DNA from: Perkinsela sp. CCAP 1560/9 | Taxonomy: Eukaryota > Protista > Euglenozoa: Kinetoplastea | Assembly (NCBI GenBank): GCA_965644495.1 | Contig: CBFFSA010000003.1 | Coordinates: 186,001-250,000 of the forward strand | Direction: 5' to 3' | Length of the DNA stretch: 64,000 nucleotides | Shown here: positions 1 to 10,479 of the stretch, piece by piece | Layout of the letters: every line of letters begins with the position of its first letter | Numbering within the stretch: position 1 is the first letter of the stretch | Position numbers and translations under genes: made by a program | Notes under the pieces: generated by a model | Told to the model about the DNA's origin: nothing | The model's input: only the letters and a program-made list of their open reading frames with translations | The model's database searches: none

Positions 1-226
1 TTCCAACACGAGTGCAGCCAGTGAAATAAGACTTTAAGGGGAAATTGCTCTTTTCTTGTTCTTGTTGATCCATCCTAGGTACCTTTTTTTCGAGAATACG
101 TTTGATATCGCTTTGCGTAAATCGGTGGGACCCAACGAAGATTTTCAATAAATAATCATTTGTGCGTCGGTGAATCAGTGACTCGTTCGGAGTGTTGTGT
201 GAATTCGGACTTGTTTCACTCTCCAT
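1..226 (-). CDS. Partial hypothetical protein (N-terminus; runs off window start)
   Basis: Manual translation from the ATG at 226 (MESETSPNSHN...KSYFTGCTRVG) stays open to base 1; same strand as all host genes. Confidence 0.4.
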   Translation of the reverse strand, partial: MESETSPNSHNTPNESLIHRRTNDYLLKIFVGSHRFTQSDIKRILEKKVPRMDQQEQEKSNFPLKSYFTGCTRVG

Positions 227-565
227 TAAGAAAATGTTGGATTTGATGTCCTAAATAACTGATAATGTTGATATGTGCAATGAATGGCTAGTAAATTCAG
301 CGTCACATGAAAAACGTTTTAAATTCAACATAAAGATTATGCCTGACGACTCTGCAGTACGTTATGTCGCATAATAACGTATAATGATATACACAACGAC
401 AGAACCAGAGATAACGGCAAGTAGGAGCTGTAGTGAGAACTACAGACTCTGCGCTCTGCAAAAACTCAACCTTACATCGGAAACAGGATTTTCCTGTTGA
501 TACTTCTGCCACCCGTTTTTACTTAAAAAGGAAAGTAACGAAAAGTCTTGTGAGTAGCTTGTAAG

Positions 566-2068
566 TCATACCGAATCATGCATGGTAGAAGAGTAGTCGT
601 CCCACAGCAAACAGCGTAACAAGGGGGAAGCTAACTCCTTGTACTCCTCTCCAATGACTCGCACAATTCCAATCTTAACGGATTTAGGTGACAACGGATG
701 AGAATCCCTTACCGAGTTCTGTAAAAATATTCGAGCACGATGTACGCAATCATTCCCTAAAGTGTCTAATAAATGTCTTTTGGAATACTCTTCAGCTTCA
801 CGAGGAACTGCAACGACTGTGTTTTCAAGGGGTTCCATTTCATGTGGCAAACTAATCGAGCTCTCGTTTCGTTCAAGAATAGCTTCAATCTCATCTACGA
901 TATATTGTTTATCTTGCAAATCATCCTCAAACTCTAATGTAGCCATTCTTTCCTGTTCATTCGAATCTGTCAGTGTTGTGTAAATATTTTCTTTTGTTGA
1001 GTCAAATGTCTCCGTTGAGAGCTCTACGCTCTGTACCGCTTCCCTGAGATTTCGCACATTTCGTAAATCACTAAGTCGATATTCCTCCTCGTTTGGAGGC
1101 GTTGGATAATCGACCGGAAGCGGGGCCGCTGTGTTTGATAACACAGAAGGAAAAGCCTTTCGCTCGTTTCTATTTGGGCTTATAAAGTTTTTCAGTCCTG
1201 CGCCCCACTCCCGTAGCTCTCTCCTTAAATACGATGTTTGTAATAAGGAGGAAACCTTGGGCCGGTGTCCTGGATGTAAGGTCAGACATTTATGGATCAT
1301 GGATACCAAATTCGGGTTCGCCCCGGGGTGTACAGCGTCGTATTCCCCTGTGACAATTTTTTTCATCAACTCTTTCAGTCCTTTAGCTTGAAAAGGACGA
1401 CGTAGTGTCAGGAGTTCATACAAAAGAACCCCAAGGGACCAGATATCACTTTTTTGATTGTATGGACAGTGATTGCACACTTCCGGAGAGAAGTAGTACG
1501 GGGTACCACAAACGGTATGTGCGAACCCTAACGTATTCTGCAGCGTTGTGGAAATCCCGAAATCTCCAAGTTTCACGAGTCCCCCGGTAGTAAGGAAAAT
1601 ATTGGCCGCTTTTAAATCTCTATGGAGAATATTGCGCTCATGCAGGTGTTGCAACCCGAGACAAATTTGAAGAAACCAGTGCAGGATTTGTGCATCTGAA
1701 AAATAGACCACTTGCCCGGGAACCTCAAACCTCTTTCGTTGTTTTTTAATCCGAGAGGCTAAATCTCCCTCATCGGCGTATTCCATAATAATATAAATCG
1801 TGGTGTCCTCCTCGATGTGCTCCTCGTAATGAACAATATTGGGGTGCTGGATGCGGGAGAGAATATCAATTTCGCGTTTCACATCGTTAAACTCCTTAGG
1901 GGTCATGGTGGCGGTGTCGATGACTTTGCAAATGTACCGTTTGCGGTTTAAAAGGGATTGGACTAGAATCGCATCCCCAAACGAGCCTTTGCCAATCTCT
2001 CGTAGAATGCGATAACGGCTGCAGAACGAGGCGGAGTGATCCGGGCGAGAGGGCGTGTTAAACTGCAT
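566..2068 (-). CDS. NEK (NIMA-related) Ser/Thr protein kinase
   Basis: IGKGSFG, IIMEYADEGDL, HRDLKAANIFL, KLGDFGIS, CGTPYYFSPE, YNQKSDIWSLG: NEK-type kinase signatures. Confidence 0.93.
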   Translation of the reverse strand: MQFNTPSRPDHSASFCSRYRILREIGKGSFGDAILVQSLLNRKRYICKVIDTATMTPKEFNDVKREIDILSRIQHPNIVHYEEHIEEDTTIYIIMEYADEGDLASRIKKQRKRFEVPGQVVYFSDAQILHWFLQICLGLQHLHERNILHRDLKAANIFLTTGGLVKLGDFGISTTLQNTLGFAHTVCGTPYYFSPEVCNHCPYNQKSDIWSLGVLLYELLTLRRPFQAKGLKELMKKIVTGEYDAVHPGANPNLVSMIHKCLTLHPGHRPKVSSLLQTSYLRRELREWGAGLKNFISPNRNERKAFPSVLSNTAAPLPVDYPTPPNEEEYRLSDLRNVRNLREAVQSVELSTETFDSTKENIYTTLTDSNEQERMATLEFEDDLQDKQYIVDEIEAILERNESSISLPHEMEPLENTVVAVPREAEEYSKRHLLDTLGNDCVHRARIFLQNSVRDSHPLSPKSVKIGIVRVIGEEYKELASPLLRCLLWDDYSSTMHDSV

Positions 2069-2283
2069 GGTTTAACTCTAGAGACGTTGGAGCATGACGT
2101 GATTCATGAGAAAGAGGAGGAGGGAAAAAAGTAGGACGTCTAAAAGAGGTTTAAGAAGTTTAAACAAATATTTATGAGTGTAGCTACTCGAAATCTAATT
2201 TTTCATTTTCTCTTTGGTTTAACAAAGTTCATGGAAGTCTTAAATTTGAACTTGAAAATTCTTACATAATATCGGCGATACAT

Positions 2284-2925
2284 TTAAGACTCATCGAGCA
2301 ACAAGTGTTGAAATAATTTTCGCACATTGACAAACTCTCCTGTGGTGTGCGTATGCGGGAGAGAGAGAGAAGTTGTGTCTTCAGGAGAACGTGCCTCATC
2401 TGGCAACTCCATCGTATTCTCATTTTCTTGTACGGATAGAGCCACGCAACTGAGTAGCTTTTCATAACTTTGATGACGACGACCTCCAGCCACATTACTG
2501 TGTGGTCTTCGTATAGGCGCAGCACGACTGCCGTGTGTGGAGTGGAGTGTTTGTATTTCTTCCAACTGTTTTGTTTTTAATGTCTCTATCGCGGCTTGGA
2601 TTTGTTTTTGTACCTCCTTAGCTTCCGAGTGACTGTTACGATCCCCTCGTTTGAGTCGTCGGATCAGTTCTCGGTGTTTTACAAAACCCGTGTTGAGTTC
2701 TCGTAATTCTAGTCGATGTCTTCGTTGCATTCGTCCGAGAGATTCCTTTGGTTTCTCTACAATCACATTCCTTCGTTTAGTGTTTCGACGTGAGGCGACA
2801 ATTGTACGAATAGGTTTGCCTCTAGGGATGTGATGGGGTAGAGAGTGGCCTACAGGCTTTTTGGGTCCTCGAGAGAACGTTCGCTGTTCTTTTTTCTTTG
2901 TTTGCTGACGAGTCTTGGTCTTCAT
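2284..2925 (-). CDS. Hypothetical basic, coiled-coil protein
   Basis: 213-aa ATG ORF within the gene cluster; K/R-rich N-terminus and helical RHRLELREL segment; no family recognised. Confidence 0.65.
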   Translation of the reverse strand: MKTKTRQQTKKKEQRTFSRGPKKPVGHSLPHHIPRGKPIRTIVASRRNTKRRNVIVEKPKESLGRMQRRHRLELRELNTGFVKHRELIRRLKRGDRNSHSEAKEVQKQIQAAIETLKTKQLEEIQTLHSTHGSRAAPIRRPHSNVAGGRRHQSYEKLLSCVALSVQENENTMELPDEARSPEDTTSLSLPHTHTTGEFVNVRKLFQHLLLDES

Positions 2926-3310
2926 TTGTTATGTCATGAAATGTTTAACAAAAGGTTCTAATGTTTCGAACAGGTGAAATCGACTTTTTGAATTTGTGGT
3001 GCTTTAAATTGTGAAACTTGATCCCAACGTATTAACGAATGGTTGTATTACTCTACTAGTAATTCGTTATTCCCAAAGGTAAGTTAGTCATGCTCTATAT
3101 TTTTTGATTGCTAATTTCACGTTCATAGCGAAATTTGGAACGCAGAAAGGCGCGATGCACACCGATTTTATAGCCCATTGTCTCCATTTGATCCGTAATT
3201 CGCCTTCACCATGAGACTTCATAACGTACTGACAATACGCAAAGCCACATATTCGGCAACGAGAACATTGAAGTAATGAAATTCGTCATGCAATTCTAAA
3301 CCAAATTTCG

Positions 3311-4444
3311 CTAAAACCGATAGTTTTCCTCCGTTTCTTGTGCCCACTGATATTTTCCTACCAGCGATTTTGTAAAGGCTCGCTGAGGGGGAACGTTGAG
3401 TCGTCGACACCATGAAAATATAATCCGAGGATCAATATAATTCGCTTTTGAGGTCGTCGTCGAGATACTCTTGCCATCCTCCTTTATCTTTATATTCGCC
3501 TTTGCGGTCGCAAGCTGGTTGCTTACGGTCTGAATTTTATTATCAATATCACTGGGAAAAGCAATACGAGGGGGTCGTTTCGGAGGAATGGATTTCACTA
3601 CCGCATTCGGGTCCTCCGCCGCTGCTGCAATTTCTGTGTTAATCATACTTTTCCTTTTTGCAATTTTAAAAAGACTCCAACAGTCTTCATCCTCATCACT
3701 GCTGGCTACGTTCGTTGTGATTACAGAAGTCGTTGGCTTCTGAATCTCCCTTGAATCTCGGCGTCCCATTTTTCGAGGCAATTTTTTAGCTATGGTGGGG
3801 TGAACAACTTGTTTTTGTTGTCTTATCTTTGGTCGTGCTCTATCTAGTTTTTTAGATTTTTCAGATTCGGATACCGAAGATTCTTCGGTTGAGTCTTCCG
3901 AACTGCTCACAGAAGAAGAAGAGGCACTTCCTTCGCTGGTGGTTTCACTATTCGATGTGCTTTCATAGGATGATGAAGAAGTCTCGTCCTCTGTAGATGA
4001 GCTCTCGACATCGTTTCTGCCTTTCGATGCAAGGTTTTTAGAAGAGTTTACCGGAGAAGAGATTTGTTTTAGTTTCAGCGTTTTCTCACCTTTCAAATCG
4101 GGTTGAATGTTTTCTTCTTTTTTACAGGAAGCTGCTTTTGGGGTTCGTTCTGGAGTCGCACGCTCTACGTGTGAGCTTTCACTCTTTTCTTGATGGTTTG
4201 ACTCAATTTTCGAATTGATTTCTGGGATATTGCAGGGAGGATTGGGTATTGGCACCTTAATTGGTATTTTTATGGGCATTTTGATTGGTATTTTGATTGG
4301 TATTTTGATTGGCATTTTGATTGGCATCTTGATTGGTATTTTGATCGGCACCGTAGCTGGGGGCCTGTGAGGTTGTGGCACTGCGGTCTCCGTTGGAGAC
4401 GGTGAGGATGGGCTCGGCAACGATGAGGTGTTCTCGGCCGACAT
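3311..4444 (-). CDS. TOP1S: DNA topoisomerase IB small subunit (kinetoplastid heterodimeric enzyme)
   Basis: C-terminal catalytic motif TSKANYIDPRI...W...KYQWA with no core domain, behind a Ser-rich extension; split Topo IB is a kinetoplastid hallmark. Confidence 0.92.
   Translation of the reverse strand: MSAENTSSLPSPSSPSPTETAVPQPHRPPATVPIKIPIKMPIKMPIKIPIKIPIKMPIKIPIKVPIPNPPCNIPEINSKIESNHQEKSESSHVERATPERTPKAASCKKEENIQPDLKGEKTLKLKQISSPVNSSKNLASKGRNDVESSSTEDETSSSSYESTSNSETTSEGSASSSSVSSSEDSTEESSVSESEKSKKLDRARPKIRQQKQVVHPTIAKKLPRKMGRRDSREIQKPTTSVITTNVASSDEDEDCWSLFKIAKRKSMINTEIAAAAEDPNAVVKSIPPKRPPRIAFPSDIDNKIQTVSNQLATAKANIKIKEDGKSISTTTSKANYIDPRIIFSWCRRLNVPPQRAFTKSLVGKYQWAQETEENYRF
4244..4351 (-). 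repeat. 12-bp coding tandem repeat encoding (IKIP/IKMP)n in TOP1S
   Basis: About 9 copies of ttgattggtatt/ttgattggcatt. Confidence 0.9.
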
Positions 4445-4686
4445 TCTAATTTAAGGGAGAATGAAAGAAGAATGTCAGCGTGCTACTATCTTAGAGGAAA
4501 CAAAGATAGTAAAATGCATATCGTAAAGCAATCAAAAAAGACAAAATTGCCATTTAAAAACAAGATTAATGACATGCATTCGGACTGAACCTTTCGGATA
4601 ACCCATGAGGAACGCCACGACCTATTTTCTTGTTTTCCTGTGTTTTTGGCTCTATCGATCCATATCCCTTCCATACGCTGCACACT

Positions 4687-7665
4687 CTATTCACCCCTCT
4701 CCGATACGTTTGGCACCCTTGGGAGTGTCCTCTTCCCAAGCAATTGGTAGTACTCATCCAAGTACGGCTTGTTGCGTGGATCGCGAATGTTAATTTTAGA
4801 ACCCGGAAGTTTCCAGAACGGGTAGTTGGTGTAAATCCTTCGTCTCGCTCGCATACGAAGCGTTCGGCTTTTTGCTTCCTCAATGATTTTTCCATGGTTG
4901 CGCAGATCACGACGAATACGCTCATCGACAGGCTTGCGTACCTTTTGTTTTTCTAAACTCGAAGTATCACTAGAGGGCTGAGCTTTGACGCGTTCTTTTC
5001 CTCGTTGGTTTAATTTTCCTCTTCGCGGAACCTGAGCAGGAATATCAGTGGGAGAAGAAAAATTCGAAATGGAAACTGATCCTTCTTCTCCATCTGTGGT
5101 TGTTCTATTCACTTGTTGAGGAAGCAGAGATTGTAGTCTTGAATTAATATCCCTGGTAGAAGACCCCGCATTCAAAATTTCAAGGTCTATCCCATTTTCG
5201 GCATTTGTTGCCTCTCCTCTATTTGAGCCCTCCTCTGTAGTGTACTCCGTGTCTGGCTGTAAAAGGAATACACGCAAATTTGACTGTGTCGCTTTGTCGG
5301 CTAATTTGTCATCTAGGGTCAAAAGACTTGGGGAATCCATTGTGTGCTTTTCCTCCGTGTGTGAAAATAACTGAAGATGACATAACGTAAACACCTGAGC
5401 GATCAACATGATTCTGTCATCATCATCCGAAAGCGAACGGTTGGGAAGAAGAAGGGAAAATAAGTTCTCTTTTTTCTCAAGATGATTTTCATCGGTTTGT
5501 GTTCTTGTTGTTCCGTAGGAACGAAAAAGTAACTCCTCCGTGGGATGCAACAAACGAACAACTCTATTGTTTGCAACACAGCTTTTTGAGGTTTGAACTT
5601 CGATTTTAAAATCATGCTGAATACAACGAAGTAACAACGTAATCGAATCTCGGATGTGGACCGCATCACTCGATTGTACAGTTTGTTGTAACGTAAGGCA
5701 AGCCTCCCGAAGAGCCACAAAAGGAATATATAACAAACAAGATTTATTAGTTTCCTCTGTTTCGTTTGCTAAGTTATTTAGCCACTGATCGACCCGTGTA
5801 AAATGCTCAACGGCAGAGGCGTCTAAAATGTAAATACGGCTAGAGAAGTCTTGCAAAATGCGCTGCAGGTCGGTAAATTGGCTAAGTAGAGGATATGAGG
5901 GATTAAGTGCGTAACAACAACTTGCCGGGTCTCGGGGAGACACATTGGAGCATACCGTGTTGACAATAATCTCATCGAATTCAGGAAAGGTTTGGGTAAG
6001 GTAAAGAAATAACGAGTGCGCAACTTCAGGGTTGGTTTCGCGATCAATTGTTTCGTACACCGTATCGGCGAAAGCAAGATCCACAGCGATGAGAGGGTCT
6101 GTGGAAGTTGTATTGGATATCTCTAGCCTATCGGGCGTGCTCCCTACTCTTTTTTCGTCCTTTTCATCAAAAGACTGCATCCGATTCCTTTCCGTCGCGT
6201 CTGTTGCTTCCAAATTTTCATTATCCGCGTTGATCGGCTGTTCCGCTTTACGCTCTTGATGTAACCGTTCAAGCTCCTTTTGCTGATATTGCAGCGCATT
6301 CACAGCGTTTTCTGTCGGATTACGCTGCAAATAGCGTTTCACCATACGAGAGTAACACGCATGGAGGTTGGCCCACTCCTTCTTTTCCCAATATTTAACA
6401 TACAACATTTTCCATGCCACACGACCGAGAGTACTTTCTCCGGAAACGCAACCCAATATCTCACCCAATGTTGTGGGATAGATTTCTATCTCGAGCGCCT
6501 GGACCTTTTGTAAAAGTTTCCACGCGGTTTCTATTTTATCCCCATCACAAAGAATTTTAACGTACGCATCATAGTGATCCGCGCCAAACGCATTTCCTCT
6601 ATTGTTCCCCCTTTCCTTAGTGTGTCGGAGCCAATCACTCAGCAAATGCGTAGCCTCCTTCACCAAAGGCTTTTCCGGGGTGGAGAGATACGCCAGACGA
6701 CCCAGCGCACGTAAATATACCCCATAGGGGTCTTTTCCCCCTTGATCTGGACCACATAACACTTGGACGATCTCCCCCACCTCCGAGGCCGTTTCCGCCC
6801 ACCCCAGGGCCGCAAACGCGTGTTTTGGGAGTATTCGCCTCCAGTTCTTCTCCGGGAATAACTCACACACCACAGGGTCGCTGATATCGCCCCCTAGAAC
6901 CTCCAAATGCCAATCCAACCACTCCAGAGCTTTGCCTCTCTCATGGACCGCACAGAGCAATCGGATATACGCCGCAACCACCAGCGAGTTATGCAAAATT
7001 TCGTTCCGATGCTGAAAAACCGAAAACGAGTCCTCCAGAAAAGTACCCGAAAGCGGGGAACACGAAACGGTACGCTCGAGCGCGAGAAACAGCGTGCGGT
7101 AAAACACCGGATCCTCCAGCAGCGCGGCACTCACCGCCACAACACTCGGGCTATGCTGTCCTTGCGGGGCAGCTGTTTTCGTAAACACCAACTCCAGCCC
7201 TGCCGTGTCCCCAACGCTTTTTAACACTTTTAAATAGGTTAACACGACCCCGCGTGAAAAAGTGTGTCGGTGGAGCAAATTCCGATAAAGCGCATGAATT
7301 TTCGGGATCATTTTATCCATTCTTTCGGTTTCATTTCCCTCTACGGTTTGCTGCACCCACTGTTTGGTCCATTTCAGCAGCTCCACCGCTCGACACGGGG
7401 GGAGACGGAAATGGGACTGCGTGAGTAGCTCGAGCAGTACCCAGGGCGGGGTGTTCCAGCACTCACAGGCGGGAATCAGCGCAGCGCGCAGCGGGGCATC
7501 GAGAGCGTATTGCTTTAACGCTTTCGGAACCGTTGGGGTCGCAAAGGAGGCGTTTGCGGGGGTGAGCGCGCGAATCGCGGGAGCGTTTTTTACGGGACAA
7601 AGAGGAGATGACGGGGAGGAGACACAGGGGAGACAACGTAGAAAGGGTGTACGGAAACGCGACAC
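4687..7665 (-). CDS. PPR-like repeat protein with C-terminal PIN-like nuclease domain, probably mitochondrial
   Basis: PPR-like HYDAYVKILCDGDKIETAWKLLQKV; PIN-like pattern YILDAS / YIPFVALRE / DDDDRI / LLTLDDKLADKA; Arg/Ser-rich N-terminus; ORF starts at GTG. Confidence 0.7.
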   Translation of the reverse strand: MSRFRTPFLRCLPCVSSPSSPLCPVKNAPAIRALTPANASFATPTVPKALKQYALDAPLRAALIPACECWNTPPWVLLELLTQSHFRLPPCRAVELLKWTKQWVQQTVEGNETERMDKMIPKIHALYRNLLHRHTFSRGVVLTYLKVLKSVGDTAGLELVFTKTAAPQGQHSPSVVAVSAALLEDPVFYRTLFLALERTVSCSPLSGTFLEDSFSVFQHRNEILHNSLVVAAYIRLLCAVHERGKALEWLDWHLEVLGGDISDPVVCELFPEKNWRRILPKHAFAALGWAETASEVGEIVQVLCGPDQGGKDPYGVYLRALGRLAYLSTPEKPLVKEATHLLSDWLRHTKERGNNRGNAFGADHYDAYVKILCDGDKIETAWKLLQKVQALEIEIYPTTLGEILGCVSGESTLGRVAWKMLYVKYWEKKEWANLHACYSRMVKRYLQRNPTENAVNALQYQQKELERLHQERKAEQPINADNENLEATDATERNRMQSFDEKDEKRVGSTPDRLEISNTTSTDPLIAVDLAFADTVYETIDRETNPEVAHSLFLYLTQTFPEFDEIIVNTVCSNVSPRDPASCCYALNPSYPLLSQFTDLQRILQDFSSRIYILDASAVEHFTRVDQWLNNLANETEETNKSCLLYIPFVALREACLTLQQTVQSSDAVHIRDSITLLLRCIQHDFKIEVQTSKSCVANNRVVRLLHPTEELLFRSYGTTRTQTDENHLEKKENLFSLLLPNRSLSDDDDRIMLIAQVFTLCHLQLFSHTEEKHTMDSPSLLTLDDKLADKATQSNLRVFLLQPDTEYTTEEGSNRGEATNAENGIDLEILNAGSSTRDINSRLQSLLPQQVNRTTTDGEEGSVSISNFSSPTDIPAQVPRRGKLNQRGKERVKAQPSSDTSSLEKQKVRKPVDERIRRDLRNHGKIIEEAKSRTLRMRARRRIYTNYPFWKLPGSKINIRDPRNKPYLDEYYQLLGKRTLPRVPNVSERGE

Positions 7666-8007
7666 GGTGGGGGAAGGGAAGGGAGGGGGTTTAAGGTTGT
7701 GGAGTACAGATTTGTGTGATAAAAGTAAGCCGGTTCAGCGTCATGTTGAAGAGGGGAGCAAGTAAACGTTTTTTCTACAAGAATTTTTGATGTAAAATAG
7801 TGTTTTTGCGATCAAAGGATCATTTCTATGCTTTTGAAATTTATACCACATATCTTTCTTAGACGATTTAATCCACCGAAATAAACGGTTTCAACTCTCC
7901 TCAATTTAAAGGACTTCATCGTCTCCTTTACCACTCACCTCCACTTTTTACTTTTACGCAACACCTCTTTGCTTATCTTCCTGTCTTTTTCCCTCCATTA
8001 CCTCTAC

Positions 8008-8472
8008 CTACTTCCGACGTGCCAGCACACCCTGGACCCTCCCATGGCGTCCGGAGGTCTTCGTGTGCTGCCCCCGCACCCTGTGGCCATAGTAATGCCG
8101 AATCCCACGATGCGCGCGGATCTTCTTCAGACGCTCCAAATCCTCTCGGATTTTGTTATCCCAGCTCACCGAGGTGCAGTGCTCGGAGTTCCCCGTGGTA
8201 CGGTCCTTTTTACGGTTCAGCATCCATTCCGGGATGTTAAACTTTTGAGGGGACGCGATCACCTCCGCGATACGCTCCAGCTCTACCGGGGTGAGAGTCC
8301 CGGCCCGACGGTTAGGGTCAATTCCAGCCTTTTTGGTCACCACCAGAGCCATGCGAACCCCAATGCCTTTGACCATACGAAGCGCGTAGGGAATTTTACG
8401 TTTCCCGTCCAAATTGGTGTTGGACATTCGGATAATGTGCGTGAATTCGGGAGGGGCGACAGAGAGGGACAT
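8008..8472 (-). CDS. RPS18: 40S ribosomal protein S18 (uS13)
   Basis: HIIRMSNTNLDG...IPEWMLNRKKD...REDLERLKKIRAHRGIRHYYGHRVRGQHTKTSGR; ATG at 8472 gives 154 aa. Confidence 0.97.
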   Translation of the reverse strand: MSLSVAPPEFTHIIRMSNTNLDGKRKIPYALRMVKGIGVRMALVVTKKAGIDPNRRAGTLTPVELERIAEVIASPQKFNIPEWMLNRKKDRTTGNSEHCTSVSWDNKIREDLERLKKIRAHRGIRHYYGHRVRGQHTKTSGRHGRVQGVLARRK

Positions 8473-8763
8473 TGGGGGAGGGAATAAAACGGGTTGAAAA
8501 GGATAAAAAAGGGTTTGGAAAATAGAGAAAGATGTGAGGAAGGCTCGAAAATGTAATGGAAATACCCAAAACAGATCCTTTTTTGAACCAAACTTTGAAA
8601 TCAAAAGCCATTCCTTCAAGTCTTTCATCCGAACTGAACTTCGATACCTTCTATTCCCACCTTCTTTTCTTCCTTAAAACCTTCTTTTCCTCAAAAAAAC
8701 ACTTTCACACTTTCTCCTCACCCCAAAAGAACCCCCCTTTCCCCTCTTTCCCTCCCCTCTCCC

Positions 8764-9249
8764 CTACAAACACCGCGCGCGTACAAAATTATACGGCACC
8801 GGGGCCACCCTCACCGCCTTTCTTTTACTCTTCACCACCCCTGCCACCACCCCCCCTCCCGGCTGCCGTTTCATCCCCCCCCTCCCCTTCCCCCCCTCCT
8901 TTCTCAGCTTCGCCAGCTCCCCCATCCGTGCCGCGTGGGCCTCGGCGCAGCGCGAGAGCCGCACGTGCTCGACGCGGACGCAGATGCGTTTCCGCAGCAC
9001 GCGGCTGCCGACGCGCTTGTTCACCACGACCCCAAACCCCCGGGGGGTGACGTTCCACACGACCCCGGTCTTCCCGTGGTAGAACTTGTGCGGCATCCCC
9101 TCCCGGATGGAGGGGTCCGCGACGACGTCGACGTAGTCCCCGATTTTAATCGGGGTGAGAGAGGGGCGGATCCCGGGCACCCCGTGCCGGCGAAACTTTT
9201 TCGCAAACAGGGTGCGGGTGCCGTGGCGCAGTCCCCAGGAGTGTACCAT
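8764..9249 (-). CDS. RPL21: 60S ribosomal protein L21 (eL21)
   Basis: MVHSWGLRHGTRTLF...GDYVD...GMPHKFYHGKTGVVWNVT...KRICVRVEHVRLSRC; ATG at 9249 gives 161 aa. Confidence 0.97.
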   Translation of the reverse strand: MVHSWGLRHGTRTLFAKKFRRHGVPGIRPSLTPIKIGDYVDVVADPSIREGMPHKFYHGKTGVVWNVTPRGFGVVVNKRVGSRVLRKRICVRVEHVRLSRCAEAHAARMGELAKLRKEGGKGRGGMKRQPGGGVVAGVVKSKRKAVRVAPVPYNFVRARCL

Positions 9250-10479
9250 GGTGGGGGGTGGGTGGGGAGGAAAAGGTTGAGGAGAAACAAAAAGAAGACT
9301 TCGGAAGGAATAAAAAAGTGGTGGAGGGAGAGAAAGGGAAAAGCGTACTTGGGAATACACAGAGGAAAAAAAGTAAAGAGGTAAAAAAAATAGGAGAAAA
9401 GTAGTGGTCAAATTTTTAATTTTGTGAAAACAAATCCCGAAAAAAAAGTAGTTTGTAAAAAGCTTCCCCCTGGCCCAGTTAGCGCACGCCCCTACGGTAC
9501 CCGTTTAGCACCGCGGCGTGCGCTAAAAACTTCTTGGTCATCGTAAATACGTTGTAAGGGTCTTCCACAATGTCTCCCTCTTCACACACTCTTATAAAGT
9601 GTTGTTGTTACTCCAGGGGCGACCCGGGATAGGACCTATCTGGTATCGGAGGAAGATTCTCGTCCCCACCGAGAATAGGAGCAGGTGGGTTTCCCTCATG
9701 GTGCCCTCGTCGGGGTTCCCACACGGTCCACACGTAAACCTGTACGGACGCGCCGGATAAGCTCTCTCTCTGGCCGCCTCCCGACGGGCCGGGAACCAAA
9801 ATCCTCTTTTTTTGAGGAGGGGGGGCACTCAGCTCACCAGCGGGACGATCCTGGAAGACAAGAGCGCTCTTCAGTGTCCCGCACGTACATTGTACGTGGC
9901 CAGCGTCTGTGAATCCTTCCTCGACAAATCAGTAGAGGGAAAAGTAGCGCCAGCGTGGAACCCCCGCTCCTTCTCCTCCTCTTCGTTTCCTCTTATTCCC
10001 CGAGGATAAACTGTCTCAACGACAGTTGGCTCGCGAATGGCGTATGCGAGCACATCTAGAGGGGTTGGAAACCTCTGAACGGACTCCCAGCCCAGCTAAC
10101 GGTTCCCCCATGTCGGCACTCAAGCGCGCGGAGGAGTTGGCAAGCCTTGAGGCTCCACTCGACCCCCCTCTGTGAATGAAACCTTTTACGTATGGCCTCG
10201 TAAGGCATATAAACAAGCTCGTATTATTGGATACTAAACGGAGTTTTCCATAAACATCTCAATCACTTTACAAAGGGTTATCTGCGCAACTCGATCCCCA
10301 GGAAATTTTTCCCATCATGCCGTGTGAACTAATTGGCTGCCCCTTCTGGTGTGTTCCCTTAGACTATGTTTTCTAATCTTCTTGATCCTGACTCATCGTC
10401 ACCACCTACCATCAAATCTTCAGCATTGCTAATGTCACCTAAATTAGGTGACCTAATAGCTGTCTTGGCCCTTTACATC

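Noticed and set aside
8473-8628. N-terminal extensions of RPS18 (to 8628) and RPL21 (to 9411) in the ORF track
   Set aside because: Translations of pyrimidine-rich UTR/splice tracts from non-ATG starts; homology begins at 8472 and 9249
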